Source: Rhodobacter capsulatus SB 1003
Lineage (GTDB): Bacteria > Pseudomonadota > Alphaproteobacteria > Rhodobacterales > Rhodobacteraceae
DNA: 32,000 nucleotides
Direction: 5' to 3'
NCBI RefSeq assembly: GCF_000021865.1
Contig: NC_014034.1
Location: forward strand, 300,001-332,000
This document shows positions 8,137-16,915 of this stretch, piece after piece. The notes beneath the pieces are model-generated. The model did not search any database. It saw only the letters and a list, made by a program, of their open reading frames with translations, and had not been told where the DNA came from. Positions within the stretch are counted from its first letter, which is position 1. Every line of letters begins with the position of its first letter. Position numbers and translations under genes: made by a program.

Positions 8137-9723
8137 TCAGTGCCGGAAGTGGCGCATGCCGGTGAAGACCATGGCCAGCCCGCGTTCATTCGCGGCGTCG
8201 ATCACGTCCTGATCGCGCATCGAACCGCCGGGCTGGATGATCGCCGTCGCCCCCGCCTCGGCCGCGGTGATCAGACCGTCGGCAAAGGGGAAGAAGGCGT
8301 CGGACGCCACGACCGAGCCCTTGGTCAGCGGCGCGGCCAGGCCCATCACTTCGGCCATGTCGAGGGATTTGCGGGCGGCAATCCGGGTGCTGTCGACACG
8401 GCTCATCTGACCGGCGCCGACGCCCACCGTGGCGCCGTCCTTCACATAGATGATCGCGTTCGACTTGACGTGTTTCGCGACTTTCCAGGCGAAGAGCAGG
8501 TCTTTCAGCTCCTGGTCCGAGGGCGCGCGTTTGGTGACGACCTTCAGATCATCGAGCGTGATCGCGCCATTGTCCTTGCCCTGCACGAGGAAGCCGCCCG
8601 CGACCTGACGGAAGCTGGTGATCGGCGCCTTCGGGTCGGGCAGGGCGCCCGTCGTCAGCAGGCGCAGGTTCTTTTTCGCGGCAAAGATCGCCTTCGCCTC
8701 GTCGCTCGCCTCGGGGGCGATGACGACTTCGGTGAAGATCTTGCAGATTTCTTCCGCGGTTGCGGCGTCAAGGGTCTGGTTCAGCGCGATGATGCCGCCA
8801 AAGGCCGAGGTGCGGTCGCAGTCAAACGCCCGGGTGTAGGCCTCGAGCATCGTCTTGCCGGTCGCCACGCCGCAGGGGTTGGCATGTTTGATGATCGCGC
8901 AGGCCGGGGCCTCGGTCGGGAATTCCGCCACCAGCTCAAAGGCCGCATCGGTGTCGTTGATGTTGTTGTAGCTCAGTTCCTTGCCCTGATGCTGGCGCGC
9001 CGTCGCCACGCCCGGACGGGCCGAGCCGTCCAGATAAAAGGCGGCCGACTGATGCGGGTTTTCGCCATAGCGCAGCGTCTGCGCAAGGGTCCCGGCAAAG
9101 GCGCGGCGGCGCGGGGCCGCTTCGCCGATCGCCTGCGCCATCCAGGTGGAGACGGCGGCATCATAGGCGGCGGTGCGGGCATAGGCGATCTGCGCCAGCC
9201 GCTGGCGGAAGGCGAGGGTGGTCTTGCCGTCATTCGCATCAAGTTCCGCCAGAACGGCGGCGTAATCCTCGACATCGACCACGGTGGCGACGAAGGCATG
9301 GTTCTTCGACGCGGCGCGGATCATCGCCGGGCCGCCGATGTCGATATTCTCGATGCAGTCGTCATAGGCGGCGCCCTTGGCCACGGTGGCCTCGAACGGG
9401 TAAAGGTTCACCACCAGCAGGTCGATCACCTCGATGCCATGGGTTTCCATCGCGGTCCGGTGTTCGGCATTGTCGCGCAGCGCCAGAAGCCCGCCATGCA
9501 CCTTGGGATGCAGGGTCTTCACGCGGCCGTCCATCATCTCGGGGAAGCCGGTCACTTCGGACACGTCGCGCACCGAAAGCCCCGCCTCGCGCAGCGTCTT
9601 GGCGGTGCCGCCGGTCGAGAGCAGCTCGACCCCGCGGGCGGCCAGCGCGCGGGCGAAATCGACCAGACCGGTCTTGTCGGACACCGAAAGCAGCGCACGG
9701 GTAAGCGGAACGGGATGGGTCAC
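8137..9723 (-). CDS. purH: bifunctional AICAR formyltransferase / IMP cyclohydrolase
   Basis: 528 aa with [34 protein letters not shown] and a C-terminal ...[10 protein letters not shown]. This is an unmistakable PurH. Confidence 0.96.
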   Translation of the reverse strand: MTHPVPLTRALLSVSDKTGLVDFARALAARGVELLSTGGTAKTLREAGLSVRDVSEVTGFPEMMDGRVKTLHPKVHGGLLALRDNAEHRTAMETHGIEVIDLLVVNLYPFEATVAKGAAYDDCIENIDIGGPAMIRAASKNHAFVATVVDVEDYAAVLAELDANDGKTTLAFRQRLAQIAYARTAAYDAAVSTWMAQAIGEAAPRRRAFAGTLAQTLRYGENPHQSAAFYLDGSARPGVATARQHQGKELSYNNINDTDAAFELVAEFPTEAPACAIIKHANPCGVATGKTMLEAYTRAFDCDRTSAFGGIIALNQTLDAATAEEICKIFTEVVIAPEASDEAKAIFAAKKNLRLLTTGALPDPKAPITSFRQVAGGFLVQGKDNGAITLDDLKVVTKRAPSDQELKDLLFAWKVAKHVKSNAIIYVKDGATVGVGAGQMSRVDSTRIAARKSLDMAEVMGLAAPLTKGSVVASDAFFPFADGLITAAEAGATAIIQPGGSMRDQDVIDAANERGLAMVFTGMRHFRH

Positions 9724-9762
9724 GGGACTTTCCTTCTTTGCAAGGGCCGTCGCGGCCCGTGG

Positions 9763-11523
9763 TCAGGGAGCGGGAACGGGCGGCCGGGGCTCGCCCTGAT
9801 TGGCGCCGGGGGTATCCTGAGCCTTGGCCAAGGTCCAGCCGATTTGCTGGATCGGCGCCTGCAAACGCCCCGAAAGCACGATTTGTTGCGTGGCCCGCGG
9901 GCGCAGACGACCCTTTTCCAGATAGACCGAGGGATCAAGCGTCAGATCGACCGGGCCGTCGAAGCGGAAAACCCAGATCTCGCCGGATTTGAGCGCCATC
10001 GACACCGCCCAGCCGCCCATGTCGAGCGTCGCATCGACCTCGGGGTGGATGTGGAAGCGAATCTGGAACGGGATGCCGCGCAGGGCATCGGCCTGAAACA
10101 CGGTCTCGAACCGGGCCTTGTCGGCGCTGGTCATCGCGCCGAGCGTGTCCATCCCCTTCAGCGCATTGCCGTCGGGGGCAAGCTCCAGTTCCCGGATATG
10201 GGTCAGCCCGTGGGTGATCAGATAGCCGTCATGGCCGAACAGCGCATGTCGGGCCGGGTCGGTTTCCGGCCGCATCCAGACTTCGGACGGCGTTTCCTCG
10301 AGCCAGGTCCGCATCGCCGCGCCGGTGCGGCGGGCGGGGCCAAGCCGCGACGAGGAATAACCCTCGATCGCCAGCGTCGAATGGCTGGGGGTGGCGCGGC
10401 CGGCGCGGTGCCAGTCGGGGCCGAACATCGCCCCCGAGCCGCAATTGACGATCAGCGGCCAGCGCCCCGAGGTGAGTTCAAAGGCCAGCGTCGAGGCATG
10501 GGCATTGGCCGAGGCGGCGCCCTTGGGCGGCGGGGCGGCATCGACGATCAGGCTGGTGCGGCCCGCATGCAGCCGGGCAAAGCCCATCGCCAGCCCGGTC
10601 CGCGCCACGGCCCGGGTGCCGGTGGCGTTCAGCGCCGTATCGAGCCGCCCCTCGGCCCCCCGCCCGCCGCCGTGAAACCGGGCCAGCCCGCCATCGGCAT
10701 GGCGCAGCGCCCGCAGCGTCGGCGCGATCCGCGCGATCGCGGCCAGATGCGCGGGCAAAGGCGTGCGCCCGGCCGCGGTCATCGCATCGGCCGCCCACAG
10801 AAGCAGCGTCAGAACTTCCAGCAATTCCTCGGGGTTGCGGGTGGGAATGCCGCCCGCCGCATCGATCCCCCCGGCGCATTCGGCGGCCAGGGCTTCGGCC
10901 GCGGCCCCGGCATGACGTTCCATCCCGGTCAACGCCAGGCTGGCGTAGATCAGCCCGGTCAGCGCCTCGACCTGCGGCAGGCCCGGGCTGGCCGAGCGCC
11001 AGCGCCGCGCCAGAAACAGCGTCTGCTGCCCGAGCGAGCGGAAGAAGGCCTGCGCCTCGGTCTTGTCGCGGCCATTGAGCAGGAACGGCGCATGGTTGAT
11101 CAGCCGGATCAGCCGCCGCCCGGTCAGATCCGGGGTCCAGCCCGGCCCCCGGGCCCGGCCATAGCGGGCGATCCAGCCGAAGACCCAGCCCTGCGCCCTC
11201 TCCCGCGCGGGCCGGTCGCCCACTGCCGCCAGATCGTCAAGCCAGGTGCAGCCCTGCAGCGCCTCTTCGAAGCTGGGGTCGGGGACGGGCAGATCCCAGA
11301 TCGCGCGGTCGGCGCCCTCGACCAGAAACCCGGCAAAAAGGAAATTCCCGGCGATCATCTGCCGCCCGCGGGCGAAAGAGCCGATCGAGCGCGGCTCGGG
11401 CTGGCTGACAAAGCCGGTGGCCGGGCTGGCCATGGTGGCGCGCAGCGCCGCCAGCCGGTCAAGGAAGCCCGTTAGCCGCCCCCGCGATCCGGTCCGCGCG
11501 GATTTGCCCTTGTCCGCCGTCAT
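9763..11523 (-). CDS. heparinase II/III family protein (alphaproteobacterial purH-linked type)
   Basis: 586-aa ORF with good coding character. The central HADGGLARFHGG... and C-terminal HSTLAIEG...HDGY segments resemble the heparinase II/III-like domain. The assignment is from memory and the function is unknown. Confidence 0.72.
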   Translation of the reverse strand: MTADKGKSARTGSRGRLTGFLDRLAALRATMASPATGFVSQPEPRSIGSFARGRQMIAGNFLFAGFLVEGADRAIWDLPVPDPSFEEALQGCTWLDDLAAVGDRPARERAQGWVFGWIARYGRARGPGWTPDLTGRRLIRLINHAPFLLNGRDKTEAQAFFRSLGQQTLFLARRWRSASPGLPQVEALTGLIYASLALTGMERHAGAAAEALAAECAGGIDAAGGIPTRNPEELLEVLTLLLWAADAMTAAGRTPLPAHLAAIARIAPTLRALRHADGGLARFHGGGRGAEGRLDTALNATGTRAVARTGLAMGFARLHAGRTSLIVDAAPPPKGAASANAHASTLAFELTSGRWPLIVNCGSGAMFGPDWHRAGRATPSHSTLAIEGYSSSRLGPARRTGAAMRTWLEETPSEVWMRPETDPARHALFGHDGYLITHGLTHIRELELAPDGNALKGMDTLGAMTSADKARFETVFQADALRGIPFQIRFHIHPEVDATLDMGGWAVSMALKSGEIWVFRFDGPVDLTLDPSVYLEKGRLRPRATQQIVLSGRLQAPIQQIGWTLAKAQDTPGANQGEPRPPVPAP

Positions 11524-11617
11524 CCTGCCTGCCCTTGAATGTGAACCGTCATGTCTGGTGTCGCTTTTGGCGCAGAATAAAGTCCTGCCGGGGTCCTGTC
11601 ATCGGCTGTTTTGCCGG

Positions 11618-12883
11618 TCAGCCGTCCCGCCGCAACACGGCGATGAAGAAGCCGTCAAGCCCGCCGCGGTCCGGCCAGAAATCCGGGCGCAGGCGCAGGC
11701 AGCCGGTCTCGGTCAGCCAGTCGGGATCAAGGCCGGGGGCGGTGATCGGGACAAGGCGCAGCCCCGGATGACGGGAAAGCGCCGCGGCGATCTGCGCCTC
11801 GCCCTCCTCGGGCAGAAGCGAGCAGGTGGCATAGACGAGCCGCCCGCCGGGCTTGAGCCAGCCAGGCGCCCGGTCGAGCAGAGCCGCCTGCAGCGCCGCC
11901 AACTCCTTGATGCCGCTTGCGTCTTTCACGAAGGGCAGATCCGGGTGGCGGCGAATCGTGCCGGTGGCGGAGCAGGGCGCATCGAGCAGGATCGCGTCAA
12001 AGGGCGCCGCGGGCGTCCAGTCGAGCGCATCGGCCACGACGGTTTCGGCCCTCATCCCGCAGCGGGCCAGATTCTCCTCCAGCCGGTCAAGACGCGGGGC
12101 GGAGACATCCAGCGCGGTGACCCTTGCCCCCGCGGCCAGCAGCTGCAGCGTCTTGCCGCCGGGCGCGGCGCAAAGGTCAAGCACATGCTCGCCCGGCTGG
12201 GCGTTGAGCACCCTGGCGGGCAGGGCGGCGGCGGCATCCTGCACCCACCAGTCGCCCGTCGCATAGCCCGGAAGTTCGGTGATCTGCCCGGCCTGCGCCA
12301 GCCGCAGCGAGCCGGTGGGCAGCAGCTCCGCGCCCAGTTTCGCGGCCCAGGTTTCGGCCTCGGCTTTCACCGACAGATCGGTGGGGGCGCCCGCCAGATG
12401 CGCCGCCTCCATCCGCATCACGGCGACCTTGCCGTAAGCCGACATCAGCCGCCCGCGCAGCCAGCCCGGCAGCGCGGGGGGATCAAGCCGCGCCCAGCGG
12501 TCGGTGTCAGAGGCGATCTTGCGCAGAACCGCATTGATCAGCCCGGCAAACCCCTCGGTCTTTTGCCCGCCCGAGCGGGCAAGGGTGACAAGCGCATCGG
12601 TGACGCCATGGGGCGCCTCGCCCAATGCGCAGATCTCGACCGTGCCAAGGCGCAAGAGCACATGCAGATCAGGCGGCGGCGCCTTGCGCAGATGCGGTTT
12701 CAGCATCGCATCGGCGCGGGTGAGGTTGCGCAGCGTGGCCAGCGCGATCCTTTGCGCCCGGGCGCGGTCGGGCGGCGCCAGCGCGGCCAGCTCGCCCGCC
12801 TGTTCGGCCAAGGTCAGCCGTTCCTGCAGCACGCCGGACAGAAGCGCCGCTGCCGCACGACGGGCCGGATCGATCGAAGCCAT
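11618..12883 (-). CDS. rsmB: RsmB/Sun (NOL1/NOP2) family rRNA cytosine-C5 methyltransferase
   Basis: 421 aa with an N-terminal NusB-like region, a SAM-binding motif (VLDLCAAPGGKT), and DAPCSATGTIRRHPD and YATCSLLPEEGE catalytic-Cys motifs. Confidence 0.88.
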   Translation of the reverse strand: MASIDPARRAAAALLSGVLQERLTLAEQAGELAALAPPDRARAQRIALATLRNLTRADAMLKPHLRKAPPPDLHVLLRLGTVEICALGEAPHGVTDALVTLARSGGQKTEGFAGLINAVLRKIASDTDRWARLDPPALPGWLRGRLMSAYGKVAVMRMEAAHLAGAPTDLSVKAEAETWAAKLGAELLPTGSLRLAQAGQITELPGYATGDWWVQDAAAALPARVLNAQPGEHVLDLCAAPGGKTLQLLAAGARVTALDVSAPRLDRLEENLARCGMRAETVVADALDWTPAAPFDAILLDAPCSATGTIRRHPDLPFVKDASGIKELAALQAALLDRAPGWLKPGGRLVYATCSLLPEEGEAQIAAALSRHPGLRLVPITAPGLDPDWLTETGCLRLRPDFWPDRGGLDGFFIAVLRRDG

Positions 12884-12898
12884 GGCGCTTTCCCTTGC

Positions 12899-12927
12899 TT
12901 GTTCCCGTGGATGGGGCGGCCTATATC
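12899..12927 (+). promoter_or_regulatory. candidate sigma70-type promoter for the DUF1674 gene (TTGTTC-N17-TATATC)
   Basis: The hexamers lie at 12899-12904 and 12922-12927 with a 17-nt spacer, in the 78-bp rsmB/DUF1674 divergent spacer. This rests on a hexamer match only. Confidence 0.25.
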
Positions 12928-12961
12928 AGGCCCGACCCGAAACGCAAAGCCGGAGGCCTTG

Positions 12962-13141
12962 ATGCGCGAAGACGCCCCGAAGGAGCTGCCCCCCGCCGCG
13001 ATCCGCGCGCTGGCCGAGGCCGAAGAACGGCGCAAGGCCGCCAAGGCCGCGGAACTGCCGAAGGAATTCGGCGGCCGCGACGGACCCGAGCCGGTGCGCT
13101 TTGGCGATTGGGAGAAGAAGGGTATCGCCATCGACTTCTGA
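12962..13141 (+). CDS. DUF1674 (SDHAF4-like) small protein
   Basis: The 59-aa tail of track ORF 11246..13141 starts at the ATG at 12962: MREDAPKELPPAAIRALAEAEERRKAA...GGRDGPEPVRFGDWEKKGIAIDF. The C-terminal GDW..G...DF is the DUF1674 signature. GGAGG lies about 7 nt upstream. Confidence 0.75.
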   Translation: MREDAPKELPPAAIRALAEAEERRKAAKAAELPKEFGGRDGPEPVRFGDWEKKGIAIDF

Positions 13142-13158
13142 GGCGCCTGTTGCCGACG

Positions 13159-13179
13159 CCGGGGGCTGTCTGCCCCCGG
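13159..13179. terminator. GC hairpin between the convergent DUF1674 gene and dapB
   Basis: CCGGGGGC-tgtct-GCCCCCGG is an 8-bp perfect stem 17 nt after the DUF1674 stop. There is no clear T-tract on either strand. Confidence 0.35.
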
Positions 13180-13208
13180 ACCCCCGAGGATATTTGCGGC
13201 AAGATAAA
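13180..13208 (+). repeat. single copy of the REP-like unit (ACCCCCGAGGATATTTGCGGCAAGATAAA)
   Basis: It matches 18479-18507 at 27 positions, with one 1-nt indel and one A/G difference. It also resembles both arms of the 689-752 element. Confidence 0.65.
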
Positions 13209-13226
13209 CAGACGGCGGGGTTGGGC

Positions 13227-14036
13227 TCAGATCCCCAGCACGTCGATCATGTCGTATTGGCCGGGCTTCTGGCTTTGACCCCAAAGCGCGGCCCTGAGCG
13301 CGCCGCGGGCGAAGATCGCGCGGTCGGTGGCGATGTGGCGCAGCACGATGCGCTCGCCCGCCGCGGCGAAGATCACGTCATGTTCGCCCACGATATCGCC
13401 GCCGCGGATCGCCGAAAAGCCGATCGCGCCGTGTTTGCGGGCGCCGGTGATGCCGTGGCGACCCGATTCGGTCATGCCGTCCAGATCGATGCCGCGGCCC
13501 TCGGCGGCGGCCTGGCCCAGCATCAGCGCCGTGCCCGAGGGCGCATCGACCTTGCGGTTGTGATGCGCCTCGACCACTTCGATATCCCAATCGGCATCCA
13601 GCGCCGCGGCAACGGTCTTGGCCAGTTTCGTCAGCAGGTTCACGCCAAGGCTCATGTTGCCCGCGCGGATCTGCACCGAATGCCGCGAGGCGGGTTCCAG
13701 CGCCGCGATCTGCTCTTTCTCGAAACCCGTGGTGCCGATCACATGCACGGCGCGGGCCTGCGCGGCGAGCCGGGCGAATTCGAGCGTTGCCGCAGGCGCG
13801 GTGAAATCGATCACCGCCTGCGCCTTGGCAAAGGCTTCCAGCGGATCATCACTGACGATGACGCCATTTTTCGCCCCGCCGAGCGCCTCGCCCAGATCGC
13901 GGCCGATCCAGTCATGGCCCGTGCGTTCGACCGCGCCGACAAGCCGCGCCTTGTCCGAGGCGGCGACGGTTGCCGCCAACATCCGTCCCATCCGTCCCGA
14001 AATCCCCGTGATCACGATCCCCGGCAGGTCACTCAT
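13227..14036 (-). CDS. dapB: 4-hydroxy-tetrahydrodipicolinate reductase
   Basis: The N-terminal Rossmann motif is [13 protein letters not shown], with [15 protein letters not shown] and a C-terminal ...YDMIDVLGI. The start is ATG at 14036 (MSDLPG) or 14048. Confidence 0.92.
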   Translation of the reverse strand: MSDLPGIVITGISGRMGRMLAATVAASDKARLVGAVERTGHDWIGRDLGEALGGAKNGVIVSDDPLEAFAKAQAVIDFTAPAATLEFARLAAQARAVHVIGTTGFEKEQIAALEPASRHSVQIRAGNMSLGVNLLTKLAKTVAAALDADWDIEVVEAHHNRKVDAPSGTALMLGQAAAEGRGIDLDGMTESGRHGITGARKHGAIGFSAIRGGDIVGEHDVIFAAAGERIVLRHIATDRAIFARGALRAALWGQSQKPGQYDMIDVLGI

Positions 14037-14142
14037 CTGTCTCTCCATGCGTTTCGCCTTTCCTAGACCGCGGTTGCCCGCTTGGCAAAGCCCCGTTGCA
14101 GCCCCCGTTGCGGAAAGGGCCCGAAAGCCCTATGTGCGGGGC

Positions 14143-14577
14143 ATGGCAAAGAACCGTTTCTCCTCGGGCGATGGCCCCTCGCAGCGTCAGCTTCGCGTCG
14201 GCGAACTGATCCGGCGCACCCTCTCCGACGTGCTTTTGCGCGGCGATGTGCATGACCCGGACCTCAACAAGATCTCGATCACCGTGGGCGAGGTGCGGAC
14301 CTCGCCGGATCTGAAGGTGGCGACGGTCTATGTGGCGCCTTTGGGCGGCACGCTGGGGGGCGAAAGCGCCGAGGCGATGCTGGCGGCGCTGCGCCGTCAT
14401 TCGGGCGAGCTGCGCCATCATGTGGCCAAGGCGATGACGCTGAAATACGCGCCCGACCTGCGGTTTCGCATGGACGAGACCTTTGACCGGCTCGATGAGA
14501 CGCGGCGGCTGTTTTCCGATGAAACCGTGCAACGCGACATCGCCGCCCGCGATGACGATGAAGGCGATGAGGATTAA
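14143..14577 (+). CDS. rbfA: 30S ribosome-binding factor RbfA
   Basis: MAKNRFSSGDGPSQRQLRVGELIRRTLSDVL...ISITVGEVRTSPDLKVATVYV...YAPDLRFRMDETFD, followed by an acidic C-terminal tail. It is the in-frame tail of track ORF 13618..14577. Confidence 0.9.
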   Translation: MAKNRFSSGDGPSQRQLRVGELIRRTLSDVLLRGDVHDPDLNKISITVGEVRTSPDLKVATVYVAPLGGTLGGESAEAMLAALRRHSGELRHHVAKAMTLKYAPDLRFRMDETFDRLDETRRLFSDETVQRDIAARDDDEGDED

Positions 14578-15310
14578 GCCGCTCTGGGCGCGGCTTTTCG
14601 CGGCGCTGGCGCTGGTGGTGCCGCGCGCGGTGCTGGCGGCCGATCCCTGTCATACCGTCACCTTCGAGGACACGCCTTTCACCGTCTGTCAGGCGCAGGC
14701 CGGGCAGGATGTGCGGCTGTGGCTGAAGAACGATCAGGGCCAGATCCTCGGCAATGCCGAGCGGGTCAAGGCCGGGCTTGCCCCGGGCGAGCGGCTGGTC
14801 TTCGCGATGAACGCCGGGATGTATGCGCCAAGCCGCGATCCGGCCGGGCTTTACATCGAGAACGGCGTCGAGAAGCAGCCGATCGTCACCCGCGAGGGGC
14901 CGGGGAATTTCGGCCTGTTGCCGAACGGGGTCTTCTGCATCTCGGACCGTTTCGCGGTGATCGAGAGCCGCGCCTTTGCCGCCGCCCCGCCCGCCTGCCG
15001 CTTTGCCACGCAATCCGGCCCGATGCTGGTGATCGACGGCGCGCTGCATCCGCGGTTCCTGCCCGACAGCACCTCGACCTATATCCGCAACGGCGTGGGG
15101 GTTTCGGCCGACGGGCTGACCGCCTGGTTCGTGATTTCCGACCGGGCCGTCACCTTCCACCGCTTCGCCCGCTTCTTCCGCGACAGGCTGGGCGCGCCGA
15201 ATGCGCTTTATTTCGACGGCTCGATTTCGCGGCTCTTCGTGCCCGCGCAGGGCCGGGCCGATTTCGGCCTGCCGCTTGGTCCGATGGTCGGGCTTGTTGC
15301 CCGCGATTGA
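14567..15310 (+). CDS. phosphodiester glycosidase family (DUF2233) protein, secreted
   Basis: The signal peptide is [25 protein letters not shown]. The sequence FAMNAGMY...[14 protein letters not shown]...[18 protein letters not shown]...YIRNGVGV...ALYFDGSIS is the DUF2233 pattern. The start is ambiguous (14552, 14558 or 14567) and each option overlaps the rbfA 3' end. Confidence 0.75.
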   Translation: MRIKPLWARLFAALALVVPRAVLAADPCHTVTFEDTPFTVCQAQAGQDVRLWLKNDQGQILGNAERVKAGLAPGERLVFAMNAGMYAPSRDPAGLYIENGVEKQPIVTREGPGNFGLLPNGVFCISDRFAVIESRAFAAAPPACRFATQSGPMLVIDGALHPRFLPDSTSTYIRNGVGVSADGLTAWFVISDRAVTFHRFARFFRDRLGAPNALYFDGSISRLFVPAQGRADFGLPLGPMVGLVARD

Positions 15311-15360
15311 CCCGCAGGCCGCAAGGCGCTAGCAGGCGGGCCTGCATCAGGGAGACGGTC

Positions 15361-16272
15361 ATGGGTCGCAAGAAGGGTCGCGAGATTTCGGGCTGGGTTG
15401 TCGTCGACAAGCCCGCGGGGGTGACCTCGACCGCGGTCGTGGGCAAGGTGCGCTGGGCCTTTGACGCGAAGAAGGCGGGCCATGCGGGCACGCTTGATCC
15501 GGCGGCGACGGGCGTTCTGGCGGTGGCCTTGGGCGAGGCGACGAAGACCGTGCCCTTCATCACCGATGCGCTGAAATGCTACCGCTTTCAGGTGCGCTTT
15601 GGCGCCGCGACGGCGACCGACGATGCCGAGGGGGCGATCGTGGCGCGGTCCGACAGCCGCCCGAGCGATGCCGAGATTCTGGCTGCGCTGGCAGCATTCC
15701 GCGGCGACATAATGCAGGTGCCGCCGCAATATTCCGCGGTCAAGGTGGAGGGCGAACGCGCCTATGATCTGGCCCGCGAGGGGGTCGATCTGGATCTTGC
15801 CGCCCGTCCGCTCTGGGTCGAAAGCCTGGAGATGATTGCGCGGCCCGATGCCGACACGGTCGAGCTCGAGATGGTCTGCGGCAAGGGCGGCTATGTCCGC
15901 GCCATCGCCCGCGATCTGGGGCAGGCCCTGGGCTGCCTTGGCCATGTGCTCTGGCTGCGCCGGGTCTGGTCGGGTCCGTTCGAGGCCGACAAGGGCCTGA
16001 GCCTTGAAACGATCGACCGGATGGCGCGCACGTCCGAGCTGGATGCGCAGCTGCTGCCGCTGGAGCTGGGGCTCGATGATCTGCCCGAGGTCAAGGCCAC
16101 GGTCGAAGGCGCGGTGCGGCTGAGCCATGGCAACCCCGGTCAGGTGATCTGCTCGGGCATCGACTTCGGCACCGAGGTCTGGGTCAGCCACCACGGTCTG
16201 GCCATTGCGGTCGGCCGTTACATGGGCGGCGAGGTCCACCCCGAGCGCGTCTTCAACCGGACCGGGGCATGA
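15361..16272 (+). CDS. truB: tRNA pseudouridine(55) synthase
   Basis: [17 protein letters not shown]...[16 protein letters not shown] contains the catalytic Asp motif (GTLDP), and [17 protein letters not shown] is present. It is the in-frame tail of track ORF 14719..16272 from the ATG at 15361. Confidence 0.93.
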   Translation: MGRKKGREISGWVVVDKPAGVTSTAVVGKVRWAFDAKKAGHAGTLDPAATGVLAVALGEATKTVPFITDALKCYRFQVRFGAATATDDAEGAIVARSDSRPSDAEILAALAAFRGDIMQVPPQYSAVKVEGERAYDLAREGVDLDLAARPLWVESLEMIARPDADTVELEMVCGKGGYVRAIARDLGQALGCLGHVLWLRRVWSGPFEADKGLSLETIDRMARTSELDAQLLPLELGLDDLPEVKATVEGAVRLSHGNPGQVICSGIDFGTEVWVSHHGLAIAVGRYMGGEVHPERVFNRTGA

Positions 16273-16787
16273 TCACCCGGACCCATGTCAAGGGCGATGC
16301 CCCCTCGGTGGCGGTCTATTCCGACTGCGAGGCCTATCGCTATCTGCTGACGCGGGTCTGGGATGACGCCCTGCCGCGGGCGCTTTTCGTGATGCTCAAC
16401 CCCTCGACCGCGACCGAGGTGCAGAATGACCCGACGGTGGAACGCTGCGAACGCCGGGCGCGGGCGCTGGGCTTTGGCGCTTTCCGGGTGACGAACATCT
16501 TCGCCTATCGCGCCACCGATCCGCGGGCGATGCGGGCCATGGCCGATCCGGTCGGGCCGGAAAACGATGCCGCGATCCGTGGCAGTCTGGACTGGGCGGG
16601 TGGCCCGGCGGACCGGATCGTCTGCGCCTGGGGCACGCATGGGGCGCATCTGGGCCGCGGCGCGGCGGTCGAACGGCTGCTGCGCGAATCGGGGCGCGAT
16701 CTGCATCACCTTGGCCTGACCGCGGCCGGGGCGCCGAAACATCCGCTCTATATCGGCTATGCGCAGCCGTTGCAGCTTTGGGTCTGA
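16269..16787 (+). CDS. DUF1643 domain-containing protein
   Basis: 172 aa with [28 protein letters not shown]....NDPTVERC...[14 protein letters not shown]...VGPEND...AWG.HG....[12 protein letters not shown], matching DUF1643 as I remember it. The start codon overlaps the truB stop (ATGA at 16269-16272). Confidence 0.8.
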   Translation: MITRTHVKGDAPSVAVYSDCEAYRYLLTRVWDDALPRALFVMLNPSTATEVQNDPTVERCERRARALGFGAFRVTNIFAYRATDPRAMRAMADPVGPENDAAIRGSLDWAGGPADRIVCAWGTHGAHLGRGAAVERLLRESGRDLHHLGLTAAGAPKHPLYIGYAQPLQLWV

Positions 16788-16915
16788 CCCGCGCGGGGCG
16801 GCAAGGGTTAACCATGCCCCGGGAAAACCACATCGCGACCTTGTTTTCGCCGAGTTTGCTTTTGTTCCGCGGGGCGGTTTCCGCTATGATCCCGCCGCAA
16901 AGGTGAGGGTGTGCC

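Noticed and set aside
7195-11475. A 1426-aa plus-strand ORF spanning the DUF3035, lspA, purH and heparinase-like loci
   Set aside because: It runs antisense to four well-supported minus-strand genes and straight through their spacers. The translation is an Arg/Gly/Ala/Pro-rich low-complexity string with no recognisable domain. Stop codons are simply rare on the antisense strand of GC3-rich genes.
16806-16813. GGTTAACC, read as a possible CtrA half-site (TTAAC)
   Set aside because: No second TTAA lies at the required 7-nt spacing. An isolated 8-bp palindrome is not sufficient evidence.
16814-16906. A 30-codon ORF (MPRENHIATLFSPSLLLFRGAVSAMIPPQR) upstream of the RTX gene
   Set aside because: It has only a weak AAGGG Shine-Dalgarno-like element. 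Its third-position GC appears lower than in neighbouring genes, and there is no recognisable family. It cannot be distinguished from a chance ORF without Ribo-seq or conservation data.
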